A DNA stretch of 64,000 nt, from NCBI RefSeq assembly GCF_004010195.1, contig NC_057719.1, forward strand, positions 49,127,336 through 49,191,335, written 5' to 3'. The notes below the pieces were generated by a model, which worked only from the letters and a program-made list of their open reading frames with translations, had not been told where the DNA came from and did not search any database. Source of the stretch: Chiloscyllium plagiosum (lineage: Eukaryota). Positions 39,901 through 51,892 of the stretch are shown here, piece by piece. Numbering within the stretch: position 1 is the stretch's first letter; every line of letters starts with the position of its first letter. The position numbers and the translations under genes are program-made.

Positions 39901-42171
39901 GCAGAAAACTGGCATGGTTAATTCAGACTAATTAGTATGGGGGGAGCTGAGCCTTGTACTTCAGAGGTTCCCATGCCCTTGCATGCCTTTACCTGATTGC
40001 CTTGTCCAGAAGCAAACCCAGGAGGCACTTCCAATTATATCATAACCTCTCAAAACACCAAGCCACTCAAGGCTAATTTTATCCTATTAAACATACTGAA
40101 GGATTCAGGGAAAAATATCCCTTCGTGCACCAATTAGCAGTTGCTTCAGTGAACATCTCTACAATCCTTTATGTTACAGTACTCTTCACTTGTCCTTTCC
40201 TTTTTATGCCACAGAGTTAGATTAAATACAACATTGACTGCCTTTTTGACAACCTGCCTATTTGAGTTTTCACTTAACTCTCTTGCCAGATAATTCCCTA
40301 TTTTGCTCGTTACCCCCACCCCCAGAGCATGCAAATTAAGAAAAAAAAGTTGGAAAACTGCAGCAGTTTCACACAATTACTCCCTTTTGGGGATGTCAGC
40401 ATGTCATTGTCTGTCACACAATTGGTTTTATGCAAATGAGTTGACATCTAAACAAGAAGCCCCTATCTCTGTTTGGGCCAATTTTCTTAATGATTTTGCA
40501 AAGCTTAATCTGTTAGCGTAAATGTTTAGTTCCATTAGCAGTTAAAGACTGAGAGTCCACAACTCATTCGACTGAGAGTAAACAAAGATTTTACGGGAGA
40601 GCAGAGGAACAATGGCTAAGCTGCTGAAACAATTTTGTCATCAAATGCTGAGAGTTTACATGCTGATTATTTTCCACCCACTACCACTTTAATTCTGTTC
40701 AAGATAACGACCCCCCAATGTCACATTAAGACTAGTTTATTTGTTTTCCCACCTCTCTGACCAGTCCTAATAGTAACACTGGTGTAAACTCCTCTCAGTG
40801 AAATGAACTGCAGCAATTGATATTCAGTTTTTTTTCAACCATTTTAAATGTTTTATAAAATCCTATAAGACAGTAGTTACATTTATAGAGGTCCCACATA
40901 AGAATTTCAGTAAATCTTGTTTTCCCCTTAAGGCTTTCCTCAAGAGCACTTCTATTAGATTGAAAAATGATAATTGACTTGTTTAATTAAAATGATATAA
41001 CAAATCCTTTGTTGGTAACAGCTAATTTTTTGCACCTCAATAACAGTCACAAGGGACATTGCTTTATAACTCCAACTCAGATCACTAATCTTTTATTTTC
41101 TCTTCAATGGCATTCATATGCTTCAAATATGATTTATATCTCGTAAAACCAAGCATGCTCAGTTTAAATTGCTTTGTTTAGTTTTGAACTAATTTTTCAC
41201 ACTTGAATAATTTTGATAACTTCTTAATCTCCTTGCAATTATTATTTTTATATTTACATTATAGCTAATCAGTCGAGCAAGCAACAATTGACTGAGTGTG
41301 TTAACATATCCAGGTTTGGTCTGTATAGCATAATAATGAATTGTTTCAGTAATCTTTCAAGCTTTCAAATCATGCAAATATTTTCAGTAACTTTCCAACA
41401 CAATATTATCTCAGAAGAAATGAAAAATGCACATACATATAGCAGCTCCTGCACTGATACTGCACTCTTTTTATTACATAAGAATAACAAGGCAGAAATA
41501 CAGGGAGAAGCATCAATATTTGCTTTGTCTTATATTTGGCAAGTGTTGTGAGATCAGCTTGAGGAACTAATTCAAGTTAATTTGTCTATGACTGACTCCT
41601 GTTGCTGGTGCAAACAAGCTTTGTAAACTATAACTCAGTGCTTTTTACCCCCACATTCATCTGGAAGAGAATCTCGTTGCAAACTGGAACTTGTATTTCA
41701 GCAGTGATAACAATTGTAATCATTTCCTGTGTGAGGTAACAATTCACTTAATTATATTTGGCTTGTGTTTATTTAAAATCAACAGTCTTATAGAAAAGCT
41801 TACTTCAAGGTGTTTTTATTTCAGATTTTGATGCGGCATTTTGCAAACACCTAGCTAAGGTAAAATAGTTGATCTGTTTAAATAACATTTGTTGATGTTT
41901 TCTTCTTGTGTTATTAGTTTTAAAATACAGAACAGAGACTTGAGCTTTGATGTCCTCTTGGTAACTCTGTTTAATTGTTGAGATAGAATTACTATCAGTG
42001 AAGAAAGAAAATAGTTCCATTATGCAAGGTTTGTTAAAATTTGTTTTAAAAATTGCTTAGAAAGAGCCTACTTAATATTTTAGAGTTTCAAGGCCCAATT
42101 ACCCAAGCTAAAGTCAAATTAACTCAGAAAGATCTTTACTCTTTTGTGAGACACTTCTTTCAAAACAAAAG

Positions 42172-42420
42172 AGGTGGCATGGTGGTGCAGTGGCTAGCAC
42201 TGCTGCCTCACAGTACCAGGCTCCCAGGTTCAATTCCAGCCTTGGGTGACTGTCTGTGTAGAGTTTGTACATCGTCTGCGTGGATTTCCTCCCACAGTCC
42301 AAAGATGTGCAGGTCAGATGAATTGCCCATAGTGTTGGGTGCATTAGTCAGAGGGGGGTGGGTTACTCTTTGGAGCGTCGGTTTGGGCTGAAGGGCCTGT
42401 TTCCACACTGTAGGGAATCT
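42172..42420 (+). mobile_element. HE1-type V-SINE with internal deletions
   Basis: Head, partial V-domain and tail. Confidence 0.88.
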
Positions 42421-43559
42421 AAAAAAAGCTATTGCATTGGTATTTTGGCAAACTGACTATATTGTATGCTGCTCCCCAAAATAAAGCATTTATCAGAAAA
42501 TCCAGTAACAATTATTATAATTTGAAAAGTAAAGCATGACTAGTCATCATGTTCAGACAAATCAAGCTCTCATATTTGTTGATGCCCTGTAGCATGGAGA
42601 AGGATAAGAAATAATTTAGAAGCTGGATTTATTAAAGCAACATAGAACTGTTAAAGTAAATTGTTAACATACAGAGAAAAAAACAATAACTGAAGTTGTA
42701 TATTCATGAAAGCAACATTTTAGTTGTTACTTTTAAAATAGTGCGCAAAGTACAAACCTCTAATTTTATAAAGCAAACAACTTGCAAAGGCATTACAGAG
42801 ATATACTGATCCACTCGAAAGATGCACTGTTAATCATACAATATACTCATGAAAGTCAGGGATTGCAGCTACATCCATGAATACCTCCACAATGCACAAG
42901 TTTGGATTGATTTTCAGGCTCTTACATGATAAATGAGCTTTGCCTTGAGGAACCAGAGGGTACTAATGTTAGTGCATCCACACCCTAGCAACTTTAGGAC
43001 ACGAGGGAAGAAAAGTAGCAGAAAGCTACATGAATCAAAAATGATGGATTTTATTTTGCTGGTCTCAAGGTTGAATCAGAGAAACAGAGGGGTGGCTGAT
43101 CAAGGATGAGTCCAGGACCTAGTCTTGTCACCTGAAAGGTTTCACAGGAATGGGCAGGAAAGCAAATCAGCTGATAATGTACAGAGTTAAAGCTCCAATT
43201 AGGGACAATTTCAATTACCCACGATCATTTCATTGGTGTAATCACCTTATCCCTGTCTGAACTTTCTACTTGGAAAAATAGAGCTTTCCAAGATGAGAAC
43301 TGATACTTTGGGATGAATACTATGTTCAAGCAAAGTGTTTTGTTAAATGTGATTTTTGCCACCCAGCCTGCATAGTTCACTGTGACTTCTCTCACACAAT
43401 GTTCCACTTATCAGCTCATTAATTTTGCATCTGGGCTGTACAGTGTCTGTCTTGTGTAACTAAGAGGCAGCAGACAGAGAAGTGTGCACCATTGCTGGAA
43501 TCTTCTGTCATTCACACTGTCGTTCATCATGTTTAAATTCCAGCTACACATCAGTTCAG

Positions 43560-45300
43560 ATGCTGCCATCCAGTCATTGTCTTTTACACTGCAGTCCTGC
43601 ACTGTTATCCCCAAGAAAATGGTCCAGAAATGCTAGTGGTGGAGAGGAAGGTAGTACCAGCAAAGGAGGTCAGGCTATCAGACCCAGTCAGTCTGGACCC
43701 AGATAGTAGCCTAGCTCAGCGCAGTGTCTTGGGTGAAACTCACTACACAGCACTACAGGAAGCAAGTTAATGATCTCTTGTGCACCGTAACCATTTTCTC
43801 TCTCCTACCTCATACTCACAGTGCCATCACTCACTCTAATTCTCACGCTAACCACTTCACGCTTTGCATGAGGTTCATGGAGTACAACTCTCATGGTTGT
43901 ACTCATCATGTCCGCTTAGAGATTCTCATCTATCTCATCCTCTAAAACCACTAACTCTTCCTGCCTTCTGCAGATCCTACTCCATCACTGGGGGCACTTC
44001 CAAACTCTTCTCCTCATTCCTCACTACTAACTGTTCTTCCTTGCACTTCCATCAGACTCAATCCCTCTCTTTGTCTCAATGCAGCAGAAAAGGATCCACA
44101 ACTGCCAAGAGGGCGAGGGGAGGTGGGGAAATGGCGGAAATATGGCTCCTCATGCCACATGAGGGAAAAGTCTTGGATTTGGTTGAAGAAGAACATGCCT
44201 GCCTACAAGGGGGATGGTGTTAGGACCTCATCTATCCTAATCGGAAACATGAGTCGCAAGTGGACATTTAGACACTGATGTGTTGTACAGAGTGAATTAG
44301 TTGTTGGTTTTAACAGCTTGTAGGAAAAAATGGAACAATGTGGTTTTCACCTATTTGATACACATGGCCTTGTAACTTTTGACAATCTGCATTTGACAGT
44401 GCTGGCATCAGGTGTCTTTGAGTTAAAATCTATCTAGCAACAGCTTTTATTACTGTCACAAACTGTCACAGGACTGAGAGAAGGACTTCATCCTCCGAAC
44501 AATGTCAGCCAAGACAGGTCTCTCTCTTTCTTCCGCTCCTGTGAGTGGAAGAAAAGACCCTAAGACCCTGAAAGGAAGAATTTCTAACTCAGGCAAAAAA
44601 TACCAGCTTTCACTTGCGTGTTCCACCAGCTCAGAGACTTTCAGCAACATGGGACTCTAACCAGATTAGATTTGGGAGTACAATCTGGTGAGAACTGACA
44701 CATCTCTGCAGCTGGTCAAAGAAGAAGCTCCTAATTCTCTAGACACTCAAAGGACTACCAGACACCATGCACCTGCTCAGGGCCAGGCAGCAGGCAATCA
44801 AATGGACTTGACCATTAATGGCTTCTTCAAAATGCACAGACTGGCATAGGGATAGCAGGGAGGCATATCTGAGGCAGTTTGCACAAATAATATCAAGAGT
44901 CCATCAGAATTCAAGACCTTGCTAGCTTCAACATGAATGTTTCTGGCTGTCTCCATGCAGAATTTGGACACTGCTATGCAGTCCCAGGTCCAGCATACTG
45001 AGTATCTGCACAGACCTGCACGCTATTGCTGTAACCAATGGGGCTTAGTATCAAAAGCAAGGAAAATGTGGAGCACAAAGGATCTACAGCTCACCCTTTC
45101 TCTCACCGGAATAGGGATGTAGCAGAAAGCACCCCTAGAGAGGAAGAGTCATACACAGAATCTCCAAATACTTCCTCTCAAAATGCTCCAGAGATAGTGG
45201 GCTACTCCACCGCCAACCTGCCAGTGGTGTCAAAACCTGTGCAAGTCCAAACCAAGGATGGTGAGCCTAACATCTCCCTCCACAACAACCACTTTGACAT
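43560..45300 (+). mobile_element. Harbinger Myb/SANT-like accessory gene remnant
   Basis: ~43694-43780 reads WTQIVA*LSAVSWVKLTTQHYRKQVNDL, resembling the trihelix motif WxxIAxxVxxxxxxxRTxxQCRKKxNDL. The extent is uncertain. Confidence 0.45.
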
Positions 45301-46193
45301 AAAGGGAGAAAAATTAAGAAAATATCTTACTGAGGGCACATAAGTGTCACAGATAACACAGCATTATAAATTATTGCATACTTTTGAAAATATATATGCA
45401 TTTTCACTCTTAAACTGGCTACTCTGGTATCTTTGTTGCTGTTAGAGCTGGTGAAGTCACACGAAATGAGCAGCCCTCTTCAGATACCCCATGGATGACA
45501 CAAGTTATAATGGCCAAACATTGCTCATCTCTCACTAGTAACAGACTCCTGGACAGCAGACAGCATAAAATGTTGAATTATGGCATTGATAACTGCAGCC
45601 AAGGCATTGCACTTTACTGCAGACAACACTGAGGCTACCTAATCTTAGTGCCATGTTTGTTAGTGCACTTTTACATTGATTGCTGGTTTTTCCCTAATGG
45701 TCAATAAAGCATGGTATGTATAGATATTTGAAAGTGGAATCACCCAAAGACATCAAGCATGTAATCAGATGGAATACAAAATATTTATTCAGCAACAGGA
45801 AAGGTCCAGGGATGCAAAAATAACTCAGTACACAGATTTTTTTGCATTAAACACGGACTGTTTGCTGTTTTCATTGCTCCCAAGTGTGGGCACAGCATGT
45901 CAAATTGATACTGAGATCCATCTCCAGGCAACAGCTATGGGTTTGAAAACCATGAAGCCATTAGTGCATTAAGCTAATGAAAGGAGCTGCATAACGATTC
46001 CAGGCCTAAGGTCATGGTAGGATATGGCCATCCAAGTGTTGGCTTCCCACATGCACATTGCTGAATTAGTTCCTTCATCCTGATAATAAAATGGTAGACC
46101 CTCAGACAATGACTAAAATTGCACTACTTAGTAAAATGAGGCATAAGGGGTCATAATTTTTTTTGCAAAATGTAAAGTGAAGGAAGAATACGA

Positions 46194-46513
46194 GGGAGGC
46201 AATGGCCCAGTGATATTACCACTGGATTGTTAATCAAGAGACCCAGGTACTGTTCAAATCCTGCCATGGCAGATGGTGGAATTCAGAATTAAGAATCTAA
46301 TGATGACCATGAAACCATTGTTGACTGTCAGGAAAAACCCACTGAATTCACTAATGTCCTTCAGGAAGAGACACTTCCATCCTTACCTGGTCTCATTAGC
46401 ATGTGACTCCAGAAACACAGTTATGTGGTTGACACTTAATTGCTGACTGGGCAATCAGGAATGGGTAATAAACACTGAACCAGTGAGCAATGCTCTCATC
46501 CTGTGAATGAATA
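46194..46513 (+). mobile_element. Deu-domain SINE (SacSINE1-like)
   Basis: tRNA-like head (tggcccagtg...gttcaaatcc), Deu-like core (cactaatgtccttcagg...ccttacctggtct...atgtgactccag...atgtggttgac) and a LINE-like tail ending tgaatgaataa. Confidence 0.75.
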
Positions 46514-46937
46514 ACACATTATTATAAATTATTATAATGTCTTTAAATCAAGTCATGAGATGTTCTTTCAAACTGAGAAAACCTATGCTCACTTTGTGTC
46601 CCAGACCTGTTCAAGGAATGCCTAATTAACACAGTCAGAGCATATAGATTCATTCACAAAGGAACAGGTTTAATTCTGGTGGCGTGACTTTATAGTTGAT
46701 TTCTTCATCTGAATCTGGAGTAAGCTGATGTTGGACAGATTAAGACTCAGACAGAAAGTAAAGCAGAGAGACTCAGCATCAGTCTATTTCAAAGGATTTG
46801 GAAGAAGTTATCTTAAATAGGGTGTTGCAATCTCTTACCCATAAATTTCACAAATTTCCTGCACTAATTTATTTTGGATTCAATCAATGAAACAATATTT
46901 TATAAGGAATCTTCATAACTCAGTTATTCTATTTACA

Positions 46938-48578
46938 GTCATAGAGTCATAGAGATGTACAGTACGGAAACAGACCTTTCAGTCCAACTCATCCATGCCG
47001 ATTAGATATCTTAACCAAATCTAGTCCAATGTGACAGCACTTGGCCCATATCCTACTAAACCTTTCCTGCTCATGTACATATCCAGATGCCTTTTCAATG
47101 CTGTAATTGTATCAGCCTCCACCACTTCTTCTGACAGCTCATTCCATACATGCACCACCTTCTGCGTGAAAACATTGCCCCTTAGGTCCTTTTATATCTT
47201 TCCCCTCCCACCCTAAACCCATGCCCTCTAGTTCTGGACACTCTCACCCCAGGGAAAAGACTTTCTCTACTTATCCTATCCATGACCCTCATGATTTTAT
47301 AAACCTCTATAAGGACACCCCTCAGCCTCCGACACTCCAGGGAAAACAGCCCCAGCCTATTCAGCCTCTCCCTATAGCTCAAATCCTTCAACCCTTGCAA
47401 CATCCTTATAAATCTTTTCTGTATCCTTTCAAGTTTCACAACATCCTTTTGATAGCAAGGAGACCAGAATTGCATACAATATTCCAACAGTGGCCTAACC
47501 AATGTCTTATACAGCCGCAACATGACCTCCCAAATCCAATACTCAGTGTTCAGACCAATCAAGGAAAACATAACAAACGCCTTCTTCACTCTCCTATCCA
47601 CCTGCGGCTCTACTTTCAATGAGCTATAAACCTGCAATCCAAGGTTTCTTTGTTCAGCAACACTCCCTAGGACCTTACCATTAAGTGTTTAAGTCCTACT
47701 CTGATTTGCTTTTCCAAAATGCAGCACCTCACATTTGTCTAAGTTAACTCCCATCTGCCACTCCTCAGCCCATTGGCCCATCTGATCAAGATCCCATTGT
47801 ACTCTGAGGTAACCTTCTTCGCTGTCCACTACACCACCAATTGTGGTGTCCATATTACAGAGGAGTGGGTGCTGGATGTCTTGAAATGCATAAAAGTCGA
47901 TAAATCCTCAGAACCTGATCAGGTGTACCCTAGAACTCTGTGGGAAGCTAGGGAAGTAATTGCTGGGCCACAGGTATCATTTGTATCATTAATAGCCACA
48001 GGTGAGGTGCCAGAAGACTGGAAGTTGGCTAACATGGTGCCACTATTTAAGAAGGGTGGTAAGGAAAAGCCAGGGAACTATCGACCAGTGAGCCTGACAT
48101 CGGTAATGGACAGGTTGTTGGAGGGAATCCAGAGGGACAGGATTTACATGTATTTGGAAAGGCAAGGACTGATTAGGGATAGTCAGCATGGCTTTTTCTG
48201 TGGGAAATCATGTCTTACTAACTTGATTGAGTTTTTTGAAGACGTAACAAAGAGGATTGATGAGGGCAGAGCGGTGGACGTGCTCTATGTGGACTTCAGT
48301 AAAGCCTTTGACAAAGTTCCCCATGGGAGACTGGTTAGCAAGGTTAGATCACATGGAATACAGGGAGAACTAACCATTTGGATACAGAACTGGCTGAAAG
48401 GTAGGAGACAGAGGGTGATGGTGGAGGGTTGCCTTTCAGACTGGAGACCTGCGACCAGTGGAGTGCCACAAGGATCGGTGCTGGGTCCACTACTTTTCGT
48501 CACTTACATAAATGATTTTGATGTGAACTTGGAGGTATAGTTAGTAAGTTTGCAGATGACACCAAAATTGGAAGTGTA
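46938..48578 (-). mobile_element. CR1 LINE, 5'-truncated with 5' inversion
   Basis: 46938-47850 is the 3' end on - (LVRPLLEYCMQFWSP; ctctatgac tail). 47847-48578 is the upstream RT segment on + ([30 protein letters not shown]). Confidence 0.9.
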
Positions 48579-49074
48579 TTTGTTTAAAATAAAATCAAAT
48601 GAACTATTTGCAAAATATATTCGTTTTTTCCTTATGCAAATACCTTTATTCAAATATTTAATCATTGAAAATAAATTATTTCAATTAAACATAGATTAAT
48701 TATTCAGAATTAATTGATAACATTCAGAACATTTGTCATCTAACTTCCTATTTCTATTTTCATTACTTTAACCAGTGGAGATTAAAGTTGGTTTTCCATG
48801 AATGAAAAGCAGTTATAAAACAAAAGTACTTAATAATGCAACAGCAGAATCATCCAATTATGATTTTCTAATTATTGTTTTTTATTGAAGAAACAATGTG
48901 TTAATTTCCTCTATTCCAAAAGATTTTATGTTAAGAGATATTTCATAGCAATTCTACTACATTCTATCAAAAGCAGCTCTGGTCTTCATTACTGTCCTAG
49001 AAGTGTTAACCATTTTATTTAAGTTTGGTTGATATCATTTGTGAAATAATGGATGGAAAGGGGTACATATTAAC

Positions 49075-49334
49075 AAGCTCAGAATTCGCCATTCAGCTCT
49101 CTCTGCCATTTAAAAAGGCCATGGCTGACCTGAGTGTATACTCAAATCAACATTTTGACCCATTTTGATGACCTTTCACTCCATTGATTATCAAGAATCT
49201 ATCCACCTCTGCCTTTAATATATTCTAAGCCTATCATCTTTATAGGAAGAGAATTCCTAACTCTCTGAGAGAAGAAATTTTACTTCATTTTGGTTTCCAG
49301 TGGGTGACACCTGATTTTTAAATAGTGACCCCTT
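49075..49334 (-). mobile_element. Old CR1 3' fragment, cut by the gap
   Basis: gccattcagc...catggctgacct...atccacctctgcctt...gagagaagaaattt is the antisense of a CR1 end. Confidence 0.6.
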
Positions 49335-49834
49335 NNNNNNNNNNNNNNNNNNNNNNNNNNNNNNNNNNNNNNNNNNNNNNNNNNNNNNNNNNNNNNNNNN
49401 NNNNNNNNNNNNNNNNNNNNNNNNNNNNNNNNNNNNNNNNNNNNNNNNNNNNNNNNNNNNNNNNNNNNNNNNNNNNNNNNNNNNNNNNNNNNNNNNNNNN
49501 NNNNNNNNNNNNNNNNNNNNNNNNNNNNNNNNNNNNNNNNNNNNNNNNNNNNNNNNNNNNNNNNNNNNNNNNNNNNNNNNNNNNNNNNNNNNNNNNNNNN
49601 NNNNNNNNNNNNNNNNNNNNNNNNNNNNNNNNNNNNNNNNNNNNNNNNNNNNNNNNNNNNNNNNNNNNNNNNNNNNNNNNNNNNNNNNNNNNNNNNNNNN
49701 NNNNNNNNNNNNNNNNNNNNNNNNNNNNNNNNNNNNNNNNNNNNNNNNNNNNNNNNNNNNNNNNNNNNNNNNNNNNNNNNNNNNNNNNNNNNNNNNNNNN
49801 NNNNNNNNNNNNNNNNNNNNNNNNNNNNNNNNNN
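49335..49834. other. Assembly gap (500 N)
   Basis: A run of exactly 500 N. The round size suggests a scaffolding placeholder of unknown true length. Confidence 0.99.
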
Positions 49835-49879
49835 CAAGTTGTGGTAATAATGACTGATTTTGCGATAGTTTAACTGAAA

Positions 49880-50500
49880 CAAATTGTAGCTCCCCTGAAG
49901 CCATCTTTTGGATACGCAGTTTAACAGTGCAGGCAGTGTAGTCCTATAGAGGTTGTGCTTGGGTGTCATCAGAATAGATTTAGAAGGTGACTGAATAGCC
50001 TTGGATATCCTTGCTAAGAATTGACATTTTAATGAGAGGAGTGGATTAAGGATAGAAACTTGAGGAATTCCAGAGGCAACTGTGTGGATAGGGCAATGAG
50101 TTGGTAAATAGTATTGATTAAAGAGTGGAAAACCCCACTGAGCAAGATATAAGATATAGAGAGAATGGTCGAGATGACGACAAGCACTGACACAAAGCTT
50201 AAGGAGGGAAGATGTTTCATTTCATAATTGTAGAAGAGACCACTTTTGATTTTAGTAATCTGAATTCTGATGGAGAAATTATGACACAGACGATCAAGGA
50301 GAAAATAGGGGAGTTATCTAGCAGATAGGGAGATTTGGCTGCAGTTTGGTGAATTGTAAAGAATGAGTTGCACTGATGGAGAGACAGGTGTATGGTGTAG
50401 TTATAGTGGCGAACTGCCACTGTTGTCATTTAGTTGAGGTAGATTGTGGTTAATTTAGCCAGGCAGCATTGTTGAGGGATGTAGCACTGTTTTGCCACTC
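49880..50500 (-). mobile_element. Old L2-like LINE fragment
   Basis: Purine-rich, antisense-like decayed sequence (gagatttggctgcagtttggtgaatt...gatggagagacagg). No ORF support. Confidence 0.35.
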
Positions 50501-50633
50501 ATGAGCCAACCTGCAGTCAGGTTGTTTCATTTATCCACAACCAGACTGAGAAAATGTGGAAGAAGCAGTGATTCTTAATGTGGCGGTATAACACTGGTAT
50601 TTAACATTAGGTGAATGTACTTTTATGCAATAG

Positions 50634-50781
50634 GCTTTTGGAAGAATTTGTGAATCACATTGAGGAGCTGAAGATGTTGGATGAACGCATTCAAAGGAGA
50701 GTGGAAAAATTGGAGCAACAATGCCAGAAGGAAGCCAAGGAGTTTGCCAGGAAGGTTCAAGAATTACAGAAAAGCAACCAG
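50634..50781 (+). CDS. EXOC5: Exocyst complex component 5 (SEC10), internal coding exon, probably exon 3
   Basis: ttttatgcaatag|G...CAG|gttagt; 148 nt. Encodes (R)LLEEFVNHIEELKMLDERIQRRVEKLEQQCQKEAKEFARKVQELQKSNQ, close to the vertebrate EXOC5 N-terminal region as I recall it (RLLEEFVNHIQELQIMDERIQRKVEKLEQQCQKEAKEFAKKVQELQKSNQ). Confidence 0.96.
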
Positions 50782-50957
50782 GTTAGTGGAGTATCATGGG
50801 GATTTTCAGATTGAAAATGCTGTATTTTAAAGTACGGTGCGTTTACACCAACCAGATTGAAAGTGATTTAATTTTTAAATTTATACTTTTCATTTAAAAA
50901 AATCACTGCATGTGTACCTGAAGTAGAATAAATAAAGCTGATTATTTGTTGAATATA

Positions 50958-51314
50958 CGAGGAGAAAGTGAGGACTACAGATGCTGGAGATCAGAGCTGA
51001 AAATGTGTTGCTGGAAAAGTGCAGCAGGTCAGGCAGCATCCAAGGAACAGGAGAATCGACGTTTTGGGCATAAGCCTTTCTTCAGGAATGAGGAAAGTGT
51101 GTCCAGCAGGCTAAGATAAAAGGTAGGGAGGAGGGAATTGGGGGAGGGGCGTTGGAAATGCGATAGGTTCCAATGCCCCTCCCCCAAGTCCCTTCTCCCT
51201 ACCTTTTATCTTAGCCTGCTGGACACACTTTCCTCATTCCTGAAGAAGGGCTTATGCCCGAAACATCGATTCTCCTGTTCCTTGGATGCTGCCTGACCTG
51301 CACTTTTCCAGCAG
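50958..51314. mobile_element. Palindromic PLE-B terminal-repeat element with 15-bp TSD TATTTGTTGAATATA
   Basis: TSD at 50943-50957 and 51315-51329. Inverted arms at 51009-51157 and 51168-51313. Hammerhead motifs at 51058-51085 (-) and 51240-51267 (+). Confidence 0.9.
51240..51267 (+). ncRNA. Minimal hammerhead ribozyme motif
   Basis: CTGAAGA-A-GGGC-TTAT-GCCC-GAAAC-ATC. Confidence 0.68.
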
Positions 51315-51587
51315 TATTTGTTGAATATAGCAAGCATTGGCATGAACTGTGCAATTGCAATTCTTTGTTTTCAGTTTTAAATTATTTTTGCTTATTGAAC
51401 TCGTGTAGCACAGTAATTGTAAGCAATACAGTCTTTAATGTAACACCTTCATTTGTTATAGTCATGATTTATAAGACTTAAATCTAGTGGTCTGTCATAG
51501 AGAAAGTGATTGCCATAATGCATTTCTGCCTACAGTTTCAACATCACACCCATCAATCCAAACAGTATATCTAGTTTCTGATTTAAA

Positions 51588-51765
51588 GTTAAAAATCACA
51601 CAACGCCAGATTATAGCCCAACAGGTTTATTTGGAAGTACTAGCTTTCAGATCACTGCTCCTATCACCTGAAATAGTGCTTCCAAATAAACCTGTTAGAC
51701 TATAACCTGGTGTTGTGATTTTTAACTTTATCCACCCCAGTCCAACACTGACACTCTATATCATG
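51588..51765. mobile_element. Palindromic PLE-derived element (GAAAGCT family)
   Basis: Arms gttaaaaatcacacaac...aggtttatttggaag / cttccaaataaacctg...gtgatttttaac. A decayed core (GGAGCAGTGATCTGAAAGCTA) lies on the - strand. Confidence 0.7.
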
Positions 51766-51892
51766 ACTAATATCTGATGCCACTGCTGTCAAAGTGATGG
51801 TAATAAAAATGTAGGATGCAATAATCAGCAAACTATTCAATAGCTTGGATGATTCTTGTAAATGGTTAAAGTGTTCCTTGATTTCTTACACT

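Noticed and set aside
41825..41859. Small exon candidate (FDAAFCKHLAK)
   Set aside because: Weak donor (gtaaaa), 35 nt, and no recognisable homology.
49257..49969. Long ORFs of 182-229 aa in the ORF track
   Set aside because: Artefacts of translating the N gap.
50611..50633. ORF-track start upstream of the EXOC5 exon (MNVLLCN) and read-through VSGVSWGFSD
   Set aside because: Intronic; similarity to EXOC5 is bounded by the AG at 50632-50633 and the GT at 50782-50783.
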